Below are positions 9,292-18,700 of a stretch of DNA of 64,000 nt, one piece after another; the first letter of the stretch is position 1, and each line of letters begins with the position of its first letter. The DNA comes from Planctomycetota bacterium (GTDB taxonomy: Bacteria; Planctomycetota; UBA1135), in assembly GCA_004295085.1 (NCBI GenBank), contig SHNF01000006.1, positions 287,675 to 351,674 of the forward strand, read 5' to 3'. The translations under genes were made by a program, and so were the position numbers. Under the pieces are notes generated by a model that saw only the letters and a list, made by a program, of their open reading frames with translations, had not been told where the DNA came from and did not search any database.

Positions 9292-9900
9292 TTGCGCGGC
9301 GATCCGACGCCCCTGCTGCGCCGCCAGGATCGCCCCGTCGCCATCTTCTTCCTGCTGGTGCTGGCGGTCGCGCTGGCCGGCTGCCTCCTGCGCCGCAGCG
9401 GCGAGTTCCTGTTCTATTTCGCCGTGCTGCTGGTCCTGGCCACGGCCGTGCTGGCGGTGCACCGTCAGGTGCGCCTGCACGCGGCCACGCTGTGGTGCCT
9501 GAGCCTGTGGGGACTGCTGCACATGGCCGGCGGTCTGGTGTCGCTGCCGGGCGGCCGCGGCGTCCTCTACAACCTTTGGCTCGTGCCGGGCCGCATCAAG
9601 TACGACCAGGTCGTACACGCCTTCGGCTTCGGTGTGACCACCTGGGTGTGCTGGCAGGCGCTGGCGCGCATGCTGGGCGACCCGCGCCCCAGCATCGGGC
9701 GCCTGGCCCTGTGCGCAGCGGCCGGCATGGGCTTCGGCGCCCTCAACGAGGTCGTGGAATTCACCGCCACGCTCCTGGTTCCCGAGACCAACGTCGGCGG
9801 CTACGCCAACACGGGCTGGGACCTGGTGGCCAATCTGACCGGGTGTGTGGTCGCGGCGGTGTTGATATTCCGGCGGCGCCGGTCGGCCGCGGCGTCTTAA
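9292..9900 (+). CDS. integral membrane protein, unknown function
   Basis: Listed ORF with a non-ATG start 5 nt after the upstream stop. About five hydrophobic helices (VAIFFLLVLAVALAGCLL, FLFYFAVLLVLATAVLAV, LWCLSLWGLLHMAGG, ...). Confidence 0.7.
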   Translation: MRGDPTPLLRRQDRPVAIFFLLVLAVALAGCLLRRSGEFLFYFAVLLVLATAVLAVHRQVRLHAATLWCLSLWGLLHMAGGLVSLPGGRGVLYNLWLVPGRIKYDQVVHAFGFGVTTWVCWQALARMLGDPRPSIGRLALCAAAGMGFGALNEVVEFTATLLVPETNVGGYANTGWDLVANLTGCVVAAVLIFRRRRSAAAS

Positions 9901-9911
9901 TCTGCCCGGTG

Positions 9912-11999
9912 ATGCCCGCATCCCTCTCCGCGCCCCTGGCCGCGGCCTTCCTGGCCTGGCTCGCCCCGCAGGAGATCGGTTTCTCCGACCTGCTGCACGA
10001 GATGGCCGACCTCGAGCGCCTGGCGCGCTGGCCGCAGCCGCAATACCGCACGCTCCAGTTCTCCTCCTACGACCGCCGCTCGGTGGCGCCCGGGCGGCCG
10101 GACTGGTTCAGCAACGCCGACGGCTTCGGCGGCGAGCCGATCCCAGGTTTCGCCGAGGTGCTGGCGCCGCCCGCGGCCGAGCGGCCCGGCCGCTACCTCG
10201 TGTGCGACGTGGAGGGCCCGGGCGCGATCGTGCGCGGCTGGTCGGCGGGCATGCAGGGGGTGCTGACGGTCACCCTGGACGGGGCCGAGCAGCCGCTCTA
10301 CCAGGGCGACGCCTATACCTTCCTCGCGCGCCGCGCGCACTGGTTCCTCGAGCGCCACCGGGTCCCGGGCGACGCCGGCGACGCCTTCCAGCAGCAGGAC
10401 GCCGACTACCTGCCGGTGCCTTTCGCCAAGCGCCTGCGCATCACCTGGGAAGGCCGGCTGGACGAGCTGCACTTTTATCACCTGGAGGTGCGCCGCTACG
10501 CCCCCGGCGCCAAGGTGCTCAGCTTCGATCCCGCACGCGACCTGGCCGCCGCCCGGGACAAGCACTGGGACATTGTGGCCGGCATCCGCAATCCGCCCGC
10601 GCTGGTCACCGACTTCTCGCACCGCTGGGACGAGACCATCCGCCCGCGGGAGACCCTCCGCATCGTTCCTCCGGACGCCGCGCCGGCGGCGCTGCGCGCG
10701 CTGGAGCTGCGCGTGCAGGCCGCCGACCTCGACCGCGCCCTGCGCGGCGTGATCCTGCGCCTGCGCTTCGACGACGCGACTGCGCCGCAGGTGGAGGCTC
10801 CGGTCGGCGACTTCTTCGCGGCCGGACCAGGGCTCCATCCGCTCTCGAGCCTGCCGGTCTCGGTGCGGGCCGACGGGACGCTGCGCTGCCGCTGGCTCAT
10901 GCCGTACGAGAAGTCGCTGCGCATCGAGCTGGAGAACACCACGGCCGCGGAAGTGCGCGTGTCCGCCACGGCGGCGCTCTCGCCCTGGGACTGGGACGAG
11001 CGCTCGCTGCACTTCCACGCGCGCTGGCGTGCCGAGAACGGCATCACGCTCGCCGACGGCGAGCGCCGCGACCTGCCGTACCTGCGCGCGCGCGGCCGCG
11101 GCCGGCTGGTCGGCGTCGCCGCGATGCTGGTCAACCCGGCGCCGTGCCCGCATCCCGCGGGCTCCTGGTGGGGGGAGGGCGACGAGAAGATCTTCGTGGA
11201 CGGCGAGGAATTCCCCTCTTTCTTCGGCACCGGCTCCGAGGACTACTTCAACTACTCCTGGAGCCGTCCGGACCTGTTCGACCATCCCTACTGCGGCCAG
11301 CCGCTCGATTCCGGACCGGCCAACGCCGGCTACGTCGCCAACTACCGCTTCCACGTGCTCGACGACGTGCCCTTCGAGCAGTCGCTCGACTTCTTCATGG
11401 AGCTGTGGCCGCACACCACCGGCTATCCGATCAGCTACGCCCGCATCGCCTACTGGTACGCGCGCCCCGGCGGCGGACACGACATCGCGCCGCTGCAAGC
11501 CGGCGACTGCACCGTGCCGCCGCTGGCGCATTGGGAGCCCAGGGCCATCGGCGGAGCCTCCGGTTCGGACTTCTACTTGCTGCGTGACGCCGCCGCGGTG
11601 CAGGCGGACGGCAAGCTGGAGATGATGGTGGAGCCCCTGGCCGCGAGCGGCCAGCTGCTGCGCTGGAGCGCGGCGCCGCGCCAGCGCCTGCGCGTGCCGG
11701 TCACCATCCGTGAAGCCGGGCGGTACGCCGTGAACCTGGTGGCGTGCCAGTCTCCGGACGCCGGCCGGCTGCGCCTGGAGCTGGACGGCGCGCGCCTGAT
11801 CCTGGCCGACGGCGGAGGCGGCTCCCTGCAGCAGAGAGGCGCCGACACGGTGTCGCTGCGCATGGACGCCGCACGGCGCGTGCTCAGCCTCGGCTTCGAG
11901 CCGCTGCACCTGGAAGCGGGAACTTTCGACCTGATCCTGGAGTGCACGGAGGCCGGCAGCTTCGGGCTGGACTACGTGTGGGTGCAGGCTCGCCGCTGA
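9912..11999 (+). CDS. DUF2961 (GH172-type) family protein
   Basis: ATG at 9912 within listed ORF 9492..11999. The hallmark string WWGEGDEKIFVDGEEFPSFFGTGSEDYFNYSW matches my memory of the DUF2961 core motif, and the rest has protein-like composition. Confidence 0.85.
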   Translation: MPASLSAPLAAAFLAWLAPQEIGFSDLLHEMADLERLARWPQPQYRTLQFSSYDRRSVAPGRPDWFSNADGFGGEPIPGFAEVLAPPAAERPGRYLVCDVEGPGAIVRGWSAGMQGVLTVTLDGAEQPLYQGDAYTFLARRAHWFLERHRVPGDAGDAFQQQDADYLPVPFAKRLRITWEGRLDELHFYHLEVRRYAPGAKVLSFDPARDLAAARDKHWDIVAGIRNPPALVTDFSHRWDETIRPRETLRIVPPDAAPAALRALELRVQAADLDRALRGVILRLRFDDATAPQVEAPVGDFFAAGPGLHPLSSLPVSVRADGTLRCRWLMPYEKSLRIELENTTAAEVRVSATAALSPWDWDERSLHFHARWRAENGITLADGERRDLPYLRARGRGRLVGVAAMLVNPAPCPHPAGSWWGEGDEKIFVDGEEFPSFFGTGSEDYFNYSWSRPDLFDHPYCGQPLDSGPANAGYVANYRFHVLDDVPFEQSLDFFMELWPHTTGYPISYARIAYWYARPGGGHDIAPLQAGDCTVPPLAHWEPRAIGGASGSDFYLLRDAAAVQADGKLEMMVEPLAASGQLLRWSAAPRQRLRVPVTIREAGRYAVNLVACQSPDAGRLRLELDGARLILADGGGGSLQQRGADTVSLRMDAARRVLSLGFEPLHLEAGTFDLILECTEAGSFGLDYVWVQARR

Positions 12000-12040
12000 C
12001 GCGCCGTGCGCGACCGGACTGCTAGAATCGACTGCTCGCC

Positions 12041-12976
12041 ATGAAACCTGTCCTCCTTACCCTCTCCCTCATTGCCGGGGTGGCCCTGGCCGGGGGCGCC
12101 CGCGCCCAGGACCAGGCCGATCTCGTCAAGAAGCGCGACGAGAAGCTGGCCAAGCCGTTCGTCGCGCACGGCGGCTGGATCACGGACTACGACCAGGCGC
12201 GCGAGCAGGCGCAGAAGGAGGGCAAGCCCATCTTCGTCTACTTCACGCGCAGCTACGCGTATTGACCGCCCTGCGAAGCGCTGGAGAGTGGTGCACTCTC
12301 CACCCCGGAGTTCGCGGCGTTCACCAAGAAGGTCGTGCCGTTCCTGCACGTCACCACGCGCATCGAGGGCGTCAAGCATGACGGCCTGCTGTCCGAGAAG
12401 GGCGGCCGCGGCTTCCCGACGCTCATGTTCCTGGACGCCGAGGGCAGCATCCTGGCCCAGCAGGAGGACCGCGCGGTCACGGGCTTCGAGACCACTCTGG
12501 AGAACGTCAAGACTTACCTCGACCTGAAGACGCGCCAGGCCAAGGGCGAGAAAGGCCTGGAGCTGCCGCTCTTCATGGCCGAGCTCAAGCTCGGCCTCAT
12601 GAGCTACCAGGATGCCAAGTCCAAGGCCGAGACCTTCCAGAAGCTGAGCGAGGCGGAGAAGGCCCAGATCGCGGAGGCGTTGTTCGACCTGGAAGTGCGC
12701 CAGCTCATGGACGCCTTCAATCCGCGCTCGGAGGAGGGCAAGGCCGCGGCCGCGAAGCTGGTGGAATACGCCCAGGCCGGCAAGCAGCCGTCACCGGCGC
12801 TGCGCCTCAATTACTGGGGCCTGCTCAGCTACATCGCCACGGAAGTGAACAAGGACCCCGACCTCCTGGAGAAGTGCCTCACCAACCTGCGCGCCCTTCC
12901 GGAGAGCAAGGACTTCGAGGAACAGCTCCAGCAGATGGAGCAGAAGCTCCAGGAGATGCGCAAGGGCGAACCGTAA
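12041..12976 (+). CDS. periplasmic thioredoxin-fold protein with predicted selenocysteine (TGA 12263-12265) in a U-P-P-C redox motif, plus a C-terminal helical domain
   Basis: Listed ORFs 12041..12265 and 12335..12976 are in the same frame and are interrupted only by TGA. Read-through gives KPIFVYFTRSYAY-U-PPCEALESGALSTPEFAAFTKKVVPFLHV, which is the position of the first Cys of CxxC in thioredoxin-like proteins. Signal peptide MKPVLLTLSLIAGVALAGGARAQ. A SECIS-like hairpin follows. Confidence 0.7.
12282..12302 (+). promoter_or_regulatory. candidate bacterial SECIS hairpin
   Basis: Stem GGAGAGU (12283-12289) / ACUCUCC (12295-12301) is a perfect 7 bp (plus U12282-A12302). The loop is GGUGC. The stem starts 17 nt after the in-frame UGA. 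Confidence 0.55.
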
Positions 12977-12980
12977 GGCT

Positions 12981-14999
12981 CTAGCGCACTCCCAGGCCGT
13001 CCAGCCAGATCCGCAGCGGCGGGGCGCCCCAGGAATCGAAGCCGAGGGTCAGCCAGTTCAGTTGCCTGAGCCGGTTGCCCTCGGCCTTCCAGTTGCCGTC
13101 GCCTTCCAGCGGGATGACGAAGTAGTTCCAGCCGTCGCGGCCCTCGTTGTGGACCGGGCTGCTGAGGAAATCGCGTGCCGGGATGAAGCTGCGCGAGACA
13201 TCCGGCGTTTCGTACAGCGTCACGATCGGGTTGAGGTCCTGCCAGGCCGGGATGTTGGGGTTGCGGCAGCGCAGCCAGAAGACGATGGCCTTCTTCCCTT
13301 CCAGTGAGATGCCGGCCTTCAGGTTCCTCGGAAAGAGCAGGCTCAGGCGCATCCCCTGATAAGGATCCACGAGCGCGAAGAGGGAAGACCGGCCGGAGAT
13401 GCGGACCGCCTTGTCTTCGGTGAACTTGACCTGCGATGCGCCCGCCTCGTCCCGGAAGCCCCAGTCCTCTGCCGCGCTCTCGGTGCCGATCTCCTCCAGG
13501 TCCTCCACGACGTACGCGTCGCGCCAGGCCAGGTGCGCGAGCGCGCCATTGCTCACCGTGAGGCCGACGCGATAGAAGCCGGGCTGGCGGAAGACATGGG
13601 TCACTTTGGCCGCCTCGGAAGTCGTGCCGTCGCCGAAGTCCCAGCGGTAGTGCAGGGGCTTGCCGGCCGGGTCCTTGCTGCCACCGGCGTCGAAGAGGAT
13701 CTTCTGGCCGACCTGGATGGCGCCGTCATGCCCGGCGATGCGCGCTTGCGGCGGCGCCGTGATGGCGGAGTCAACCGGGTACTCGTTCAGGTTCGTGACG
13801 CCGCCGGCCTGGAACACGTCCCCGAGCTCGTTGCCGGCGAACCGGTTGGCGGCGATGTCCACCCAGTCGGCGTGCTGCGCGTAGATGCCCCAGCGGTTGT
13901 TCTCGATCTGATTGCCCTGGACGATCCAGTGGTAGGCCTTCCACTTCGCGCCCTGCGACTCCTGGTCGCCGATGAGCGCAATGCCGGCGCCGTGGTTGTC
14001 GTGCACGTGGTTGTCCTGCACGATGGTGTGGCTGGACGGCCCGAACATGAACACGATGCCGGCGTGACCGCCGTCGGGCAGGTGCGGTGAGTTGTGGAAG
14101 CCGTCGGGCCGGCCGTTGAAGGCCGCCTCGTTGCCGATGAGCGTGCTCTTGTCGCTGCCGCCCATCCAGAAGCCGTAGCTGCTGTGGTTGGCCTTGTTGC
14201 CGACCCAGGTGTTCCCAGGCGCCCAGCACTCGACGGCGTTGTTGTTGGCGAAGCTGCAGTCATTGTCCTCGAAGCGATTGCCGGTGCTGACCCAGCCGTT
14301 CAGGACGCGCACGAAGATGCCGTCGCCGCCGTGGGTGCAGTCGTTGCGGAGGAAGTGGTTGTAGTCGGAGCCGCTTTCGATCAGGACGGAGGTGGAGTCG
14401 CGCGCGTGCACTTCGCCCGGGCTGATGCGCAGGCCGTAGGACAGGTTGTTGCGCAGCACGCGGTTGCGGCAGGAGGCCCACAGCTTCAGGCAGGTGTTGG
14501 AACAGCGCGAGAAGTCGTTGTCCTCGATCAGGAAGTCGTCGCAGTTCTCGAGGCTGCAGGCGTCCCAGTTGTTGTTGGCGCGGTTGCGCCGCAAGGTGAA
14601 GTCGCGGCAGCGCGTGAGCACGATGCCGCCGCGCCGCCCGTTCTCGCCCCAGCCGAAGTCCGGGTCGTGGAAGTTGCCGGAGAAGTCGCAGTCCTCGACG
14701 CGCCAGCCCGCGGCGGCGTCGACCTGCAGGCCGGTCTCGAAGCCGTGCACGCGCAGGTTGCGAAGCTGCACGTTGTGGACGCCTGAGGCCGCGATGCCGG
14801 AGCCCCGGAACTGCTGCGGCGGCCCTTCGATGCTGCCGCGGACCAGGGCGCCCCTGCCGTCCAGCGTGACGTTGGAGGCGGCGATGCGGATGGGGCCGTA
14901 GATCCGTTTCGGGTCGAGCTGGGTGTCGCGTGTGATCTCCAGGGGCGCCTGGGCGCACAGGAGCACGGCGGGGAGGCAGGGGAGCATGGACGCCGCCAT
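12981..14999 (-). CDS. secreted right-handed beta-helix (pectate-lyase/NosD-like) protein with a PKD domain
   Basis: ATG at 14999 (MAASMLPCLPAVLLCAQAP). Parallel beta-helix repeats (NNNWDACSLENCDDFLIEDNDFSRCSNTCLKLW, VQDNHVHDNHGAGIALIG, IENNRWGIYAQHADWVDIAANRFAGN). PKD string LHYRWDFGDGTTSEAAKVTHVFRQPGFYRVGLTVSN. Confidence 0.85.
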   Translation of the reverse strand: MAASMLPCLPAVLLCAQAPLEITRDTQLDPKRIYGPIRIAASNVTLDGRGALVRGSIEGPPQQFRGSGIAASGVHNVQLRNLRVHGFETGLQVDAAAGWRVEDCDFSGNFHDPDFGWGENGRRGGIVLTRCRDFTLRRNRANNNWDACSLENCDDFLIEDNDFSRCSNTCLKLWASCRNRVLRNNLSYGLRISPGEVHARDSTSVLIESGSDYNHFLRNDCTHGGDGIFVRVLNGWVSTGNRFEDNDCSFANNNAVECWAPGNTWVGNKANHSSYGFWMGGSDKSTLIGNEAAFNGRPDGFHNSPHLPDGGHAGIVFMFGPSSHTIVQDNHVHDNHGAGIALIGDQESQGAKWKAYHWIVQGNQIENNRWGIYAQHADWVDIAANRFAGNELGDVFQAGGVTNLNEYPVDSAITAPPQARIAGHDGAIQVGQKILFDAGGSKDPAGKPLHYRWDFGDGTTSEAAKVTHVFRQPGFYRVGLTVSNGALAHLAWRDAYVVEDLEEIGTESAAEDWGFRDEAGASQVKFTEDKAVRISGRSSLFALVDPYQGMRLSLLFPRNLKAGISLEGKKAIVFWLRCRNPNIPAWQDLNPIVTLYETPDVSRSFIPARDFLSSPVHNEGRDGWNYFVIPLEGDGNWKAEGNRLRQLNWLTLGFDSWGAPPLRIWLDGLGVR

Positions 15000-15160
15000 T
15001 GTGTCCGCCGCAGGCCACCCCCAGGACTGGTGCCGTGGCGGGCTGGGGACCACGCAGGGCTGGGGAGCGCCGGCGCCAGCCCGCGCGCGCGGCTTTTGAT
15101 GGCTGCGCGCCGTCCTTGGTGTTTATAGTTTGTGTGGGCTGATCTTCCCCTCTTCCCCTT

Positions 15161-15703
15161 ATGGGAGTGCTCCACCCTCAAACCGGCCCCGCCGCGCCTG
15201 ACGGGGACGCGCAGTGGCACGACCTGGTGTCGTGGGCCGAGTCGAACCTGCGCGGCCAGATCGAGCGCAGCCTTCCGGCCGGAGGGCCGATCAGCGCGAC
15301 CACCGTCATCCATTCGGCCCTGCGCCGCACGGTGGAACGGCGCGCACGCCTGCGCCATGGCATGCAGCACGCCCAGGCGTTCCTGGCCGGCATCGCCAAG
15401 CGCGTGCGCAGCGAGAAATTCCGGCGCGAGCGCCGCCTGTGCCGCAGCCCGGAGGGCGCGGTGGTGGTGGCGCTGGCGGACGGCGAAGCCGCGGGCGCGC
15501 CGGCCGAGTCGCCGTTGTGGGGCCTGGTGCTGGAGCTGCCGCCGAACCTGCGCGAGCTGCTGGAGTCCCTGTACCGGGAGGGCCTGACGTTCCGGGAGTA
15601 CGCGGCGCGCAGCGGCAAGTCGGAGAAGCAGGTGGAACGGATGCACCAGCGCGCCCTGGAGCAGCTGCGGCGCCTGTCGCGGTCGGCGGAAGAGCCGGTC
15701 TGA
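15161..15703 (+). CDS. ECF-type RNA polymerase sigma factor (kinase-associated type)
   Basis: C-terminal region-4 HTH LPPNLRELLESLYREGLTFREYAARSGKSEKQVERMHQRALEQLRRL. The N-terminal part resembles the ECF variant family usually found next to Ser/Thr kinases. It ends 13 nt before the kinase gene. Confidence 0.65.
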   Translation: MGVLHPQTGPAAPDGDAQWHDLVSWAESNLRGQIERSLPAGGPISATTVIHSALRRTVERRARLRHGMQHAQAFLAGIAKRVRSEKFRRERRLCRSPEGAVVVALADGEAAGAPAESPLWGLVLELPPNLRELLESLYREGLTFREYAARSGKSEKQVERMHQRALEQLRRLSRSAEEPV

Positions 15704-15716
15704 GCCGCGCGGAGCC

Positions 15717-18700
15717 GTGAAGCAGGCCCCCGGAGCGAGCGCGGCGACCGACCCCGGATCCGACGGCGCGAGCGGGAGCCGCGTGGCCGCGGCCTTGCGC
15801 CGGCGCCTGGAACGCGGTCCGGCGGCGGCGCCGGAGGAGCACGGCGGCGATGCCGAGCTCTCCGAGCTGTACCGCGTGCAAGGCCAGCTGCTGGGCGCAG
15901 CCGCGGCCCGAGGCGAGCCGCCGGTGGACCCGGGCGCGCCGCTGCCGCATCCGGGCGAGTGCCTGCAGGAGCGCTACGAGGTGGGCGCGTTCCTGAGCAG
16001 CGGCGGCATGGGCCTGTTGTACGAGGCCCACGACCGCGAGACTGGCGCCAGCGTGGCCTTGAAGACGCCGCGGCCCGGCTGCACGCGCGAGGAGCTGCTG
16101 CGCTTCATCCGCGAGGCCAGCCTGACGCTCCCGCAGCATCCCTGCCTGGCGCGCACGCTGGACCGCTTCACGCGCGGCCGGCGGCCGTATCACGTGCAGG
16201 AGCGGGTGCCGGGACGCTCGCTGCAGGAGATCCTGCAGGCGCGGCTGGAAGGGCGGCGCCCGGCGCACGCCGCGGAGGCGCCCTGGTTCGCGCCGCAGCC
16301 GCTGGCCCTGCACACCGCCGTGCACGCGGTGGTGCAGGTGGCGCAGGCCCTGGAGCGCCTGCACCAGGCCGGCATCGTGCATCGCGACCTCAAGCCCGGC
16401 AACATCTTGTGGCACGCCGAGGGCCGGCCGGTGCTGGTGGACTACGGGCTGGCGCTGCCGCGCGGCGGCCCGCTGCTGACCGGGCCCGGCCAGGCTGCCG
16501 GCACGGTCCCGTACATGGCGCCGGAGCAGTGGCAGGGGCGCGCGGTGGACGCCCGCGCCGACGTGTACGCGCTGGGCGCGACCTTGTGGGCGCTGATCAC
16601 CGGCACCCTGGCCACGGGCATGCCCTGGGGCGGCCGCCTGCTGCGCGGCAGCGAGCCGGTGCCGCCGGTGCTGCTCGCCATCGTGCAGAAGGCCATGGAG
16701 CCCAATCCACGCCGCCGCTTCGGCTCGGCCGCGGAGCTGGCGGCCGCGCTCGGCGCCTGGCTGGAGGACCGCGAGCCGGCAGGCTTGCACCCGTTCAACA
16801 CGCGCCTGCGGCGCTGGGCGTACCGCCACCGCCTGGCGTTCGCCTTCTGCGCCGGGGCGCTGGCCTTCGGGACCATCGTCTACCTGGGCGAGGAGTTCGT
16901 GCGCAAGAGCCGGGCGGCCGTGACCGCCCTGGAGGCCAGCATCGCGGCTTCCGCCCAGCAGATCGCGGAGTTCGAGCAGGCGGACCGGAGCGGGCCGGCC
17001 ATGAACGCGCGCAGCGACTTCCTGCAGGACTGGTTCGCGGACCACCTGCCGGCCGATCCGGAGCTGGAGAGCGAGTCCGCGCGCAAGCTCGTGTCGTTCG
17101 CGTACAACCTCAACCTGCGCATCGGGCGCCAAGAGCAGCTCCTGGTGTACACGCAGGGCGGCGCCGCGCACTGGTGGCGGGATGCAGCCGACGCGGTGCA
17201 GTCCGCCGGCGCGCTGCTCGCCAACGGGCGCGCGCAGGCCAGCGTGGAGGCGCTGCAGCGGGCGGCGCAGCGCTTTCCCAGGTCCAATCTCGCGCCCCTG
17301 TTCCCGGCGGCGGCGGCCATCCTGCAGCACTTGCAGGCGTTCGAGCGCCTCCCCGCGCCGACGTCCGCGCCGCTGCTGCGGGCATCGGAGGGCGGCGGAG
17401 TGGCCTGGGTGGACGCCGAGGGCGCGCTGGCGCACGCGCGCGTGGCCGGGGGCGGCTTCGAGCGCGAGACCGTGAGCCCGGCCGGCGCCTGGCGGCACGG
17501 GACCTTGGGCGCCTACGCGCACCTGCGCCGCGACGGCGCCGACTTCGGCAGCATTCTGTCCTGGGAGACGCGCAACGGCTCCGCGGATCCGCCGCAGGGT
17601 CTCTATTACGTGCCGGTCGGCGGGCCGCCGCAGCGCATCCTGGCCTGGGACGCCTTCGACCGCGTGCGCTCGCCGTCGGCACTGGCCGTCGGCCAGTTGG
17701 ACGGCGACGCCGAGCCGGAGCTCGTGGTGGGCACGGCCTGGGGCAGCCGCAGCCTCCTGCTCCTGGACTGCATGGACGGCCGCTGGCACCATCGCATCCT
17801 GGATCAGCGCGGCGACGACGTGGAGAGCGTGCGCATCGCCCCGCAGGCGGACGGAGCGCAGATCTGGGTCGCGGTGTCCGTGTGGAGCCTGCGGAACCAG
17901 GGCCTGCGTTGCAAGGTGCTGCAGCTGGATCCAGCACTCGAGCGCGTGGAGACGGTGGACGCGCTCCCCCTCGGCGCGCTGCACAGCTGGGAGCCCGTGC
18001 GCGGCTGGGGCGAGGTCCACTCCGTGGCCGGCTTCCACAGCACCCGCGACGCCATCTTCTTCGGCGAGACCTACGCGCGCTGCCACTCCGGGGAATGCGT
18101 GCTGCTCGGCTCCAGCCCGGCGCTGGGCTTGCGCGTGGTGCGCAGCCTGTACAGCCTGCCCGGCGTCGAGGTGGCCGTGGGCGACACCGAGGCCCGGCCC
18201 GCGGACCTGGACGGTGACGGCCGCGACGAGATCCTGCTGCACTGGGTCTGGGAGCAGCGCCGCCACGCCATGCTGGTCTTCGGCTATGCCCGCGGCTCCA
18301 AGGTGGAGTTCATCGAGCTCCCGCTGCCCCAGGCCATGGCCGAGGCGCAGATCGGCGACCTGGACGGCGACGCCCGCCCCGACCTGTACTGGCTGGAGGG
18401 CGCCGACGTGTGCCTGCTGCGGGGCTTCGGCGCGCCGTCGCTGGCGCAGCCGGCCGCTCCGCTGCCGGCGCCGCAGCACCGGCGCCTGGTGCTGGTGCGC
18501 GGCGAAGCAGCGGCCTGCGCCGGCCAGCTCGACCCGCGCGCCGCCGGCGCGCGAGCCGGCGTCTTCCAGGCGCGCCTGCGTCTGGTGCGCAGTGACTTCG
18601 ACGCCAGCGCCGTCTGGGAGCTGCGCAACGCCGCCGGCCAGGCGCTGGCGCGCCTGCGGCTGGCGACCAGCGGTGGCGGCACCACTTACCGCCACGAGGC

